Origin: Mobula hypostoma
Taxonomy: Eukaryota
NCBI RefSeq assembly: GCF_963921235.1
Contig: NC_086108.1
Span: forward strand, 64,358,001 to 64,422,000
Direction of reading: 5' to 3'
DNA length: 64,000 nt
The notes under the pieces were generated by a model. It searched no databases, was not told the origin of the DNA, and saw only the letters and a program-made list of their open reading frames with translations. Below are positions 62,488-64,000 of this stretch, one piece after another. The position numbers and the translations under genes were made by a program. Positions within the stretch are counted from its first letter, which is position 1; every line of letters begins with the position of its first letter.

Positions 62488-63350
62488 AACATAAGACATG
62501 GGAGCAGAATTAGGCCATTTGCCCCACTGAGTCTTCTCCACCATTGGATCATGGTTGATCCATTTCCCTCTCAACCCCGTTCACCTGCCTTGTCCCCATA
62601 ACCGTTCACACCCTGACTAATCGAGAACCTATCAACCTTGAATAGGCCCAATGACCTGCCTCCACAGCCGCCAGTAGCAACAAATTCCACAGATTCACCA
62701 CCCGCTGGCAAAAGAAATTCCTCCACATCTCCGTTCTAAATGGACATCCCTCTCTTCTGAATTGTGCCCTCTGGTCCAAGACTCACCCACTATAGGAAAC
62801 ATCCTCTCCATATCCATTCTGTCCAGGCCTTTCAACATTTGATAGGTTTCAATAAGATCCCCCCCCCCCGCCTATTCTTCTAAATTCTAGTGAGTACAGG
62901 CCCAAAGTCATCAAACATTTCTGACATGATAAGCCTTTCATTTCAGGAATCATTTTCACAAGCCTCCTTTGAACCTTCTCTAATGTCAGCACATCCTTTC
63001 TCAGATATGGGGTCCAAAACTGCTCACAACACACCAAGTGAGGCCTCACCAGTGCCTTATAAAACCTCAACATTTCATCCTTGTTTTTGTATTCTATTCC
63101 TCTCAAAATGAATGCTAACATTGCATTTTCCTTCCACAGCACTGACTCAACCTGTGGGTTAACTTTTAGGGAATCATGCACAAGGACATTTGCACCTCAG
63201 ATTTTTAAATTTTCTTTCCATTTAGAAAACTTCTACCAAAGCACATGACCATACACTTCCCAACATTGTATTCCATTTGCCACTTCTTTGCCCATTCTCC
63301 CAATATATCTAAGTCCTTCTGCAGCCTCCCTACTTCCTCAGCACTACCTG
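62488..63350 (-). mobile_element. CR1 3' fragment
   Basis: RGIEYKNKDEMLRFYKALVRPHL...LEKVQRR, with a (cataaga)-type tail near 62490. Confidence 0.9.
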
Positions 63351-64000
63351 TTCCCATGGGCTGTTGATTTCAATACTTGAACTTAGCCATGAGAGTGGAA
63401 TAATAATCTACTTCTGTATCTGGGTAGGGATGACCTGGAGTTCGTAATATTCCCCATGTTGGTGATATTCTGTCTTTGTCCTTAAGGGGCCAAAACTGTG
63501 GGTACGGGTTAAATCTGCTCACACAGTTCTTCTTCAACACTGTATTGATGAGTCAACCTAGCCGTTTTTTCTCAGATCCTGAAGTGCAGTCAGAAGCATA
63601 TACTTCTAACTAATCAAAAAGTAGCAACCATATCCTCATCTAGACCCAAGTCAAATCCAGTTCACATCCTAATAAAATCGCCATGTCTGAAGGGTTATAT
63701 GTAAAGAAGGACTTTGCTGACTGTAGTCTGTTGTGTGGTTGCGTGATGAGAGTTTTTTTTTAACTGTTAGTTTTAGAGGAACTAAGCAATTACATATTAA
63801 AGGTTTAGGGGCATCTGGGGCAAATGGGGAAGCTTTGATGGGCATCTTGGCCAGCATAGTCTAGTTGGGCTAAAGGGCCTGTTCGCAAGCTGTGTGAATC
63901 AATGGCTCTATGACTTGTAACCGTCTGCTTAACTGGTTCCACCAGAACGATGGGGTTAAGTATGACCCACAAATAAATAATTAAATAATCAGGGCAAAAA

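Noticed and set aside
1..64000. CRISPR array, retron/DGR or other prokaryotic RT system
   Set aside because: There is no regularly spaced repeat-spacer array or operon structure. All RTs belong to eukaryotic LINE, PLE or Gypsy classes.

Overview
This is eukaryotic DNA, most likely from a vertebrate. The repeat families (V-SINE/HE1-like SINEs, HER1-like CR1, Neptune-type Penelope elements) suggest a cartilaginous fish (shark or ray); that assignment is an inference. The window is gene-poor and most of it is transposon-derived: CR1 LINEs, Rex1/Babar-type LINEs, one full-length L1, Penelope-like elements (PLEs), Gypsy internal relics, solo LTRs, hAT MITEs and SINEs. Almost every ORF in the supplied track is a TE fragment or the antisense shadow of one. 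Best-supported structures: (1) a nested stack at 51.5-62.2 kb with readable target-site duplications (Gypsy > PLE > CR1, and Gypsy > Rex LINE > hAT MITE > captured LINE fragment); (2) a full-length L1 (8502-15601) with an 18-bp TSD, itself hit by a solo LTR, a Rex LINE and a 36-bp hammerhead-ribozyme unit located where the RT core is deleted; (3) minimal hammerhead ribozyme motifs at PLE ends, dispersed through the window. Host-gene evidence is thin: one convincing terminal coding exon (6794-6923, unidentified), a possible signal-peptide exon and a decayed MMP-like last exon on +, and some weak candidate exons on -. I found no CRISPR array, rRNA, true tRNA gene or prokaryotic system, and I cannot support a claim of a wholly new biological system. 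All calls are by eye, without database searches.
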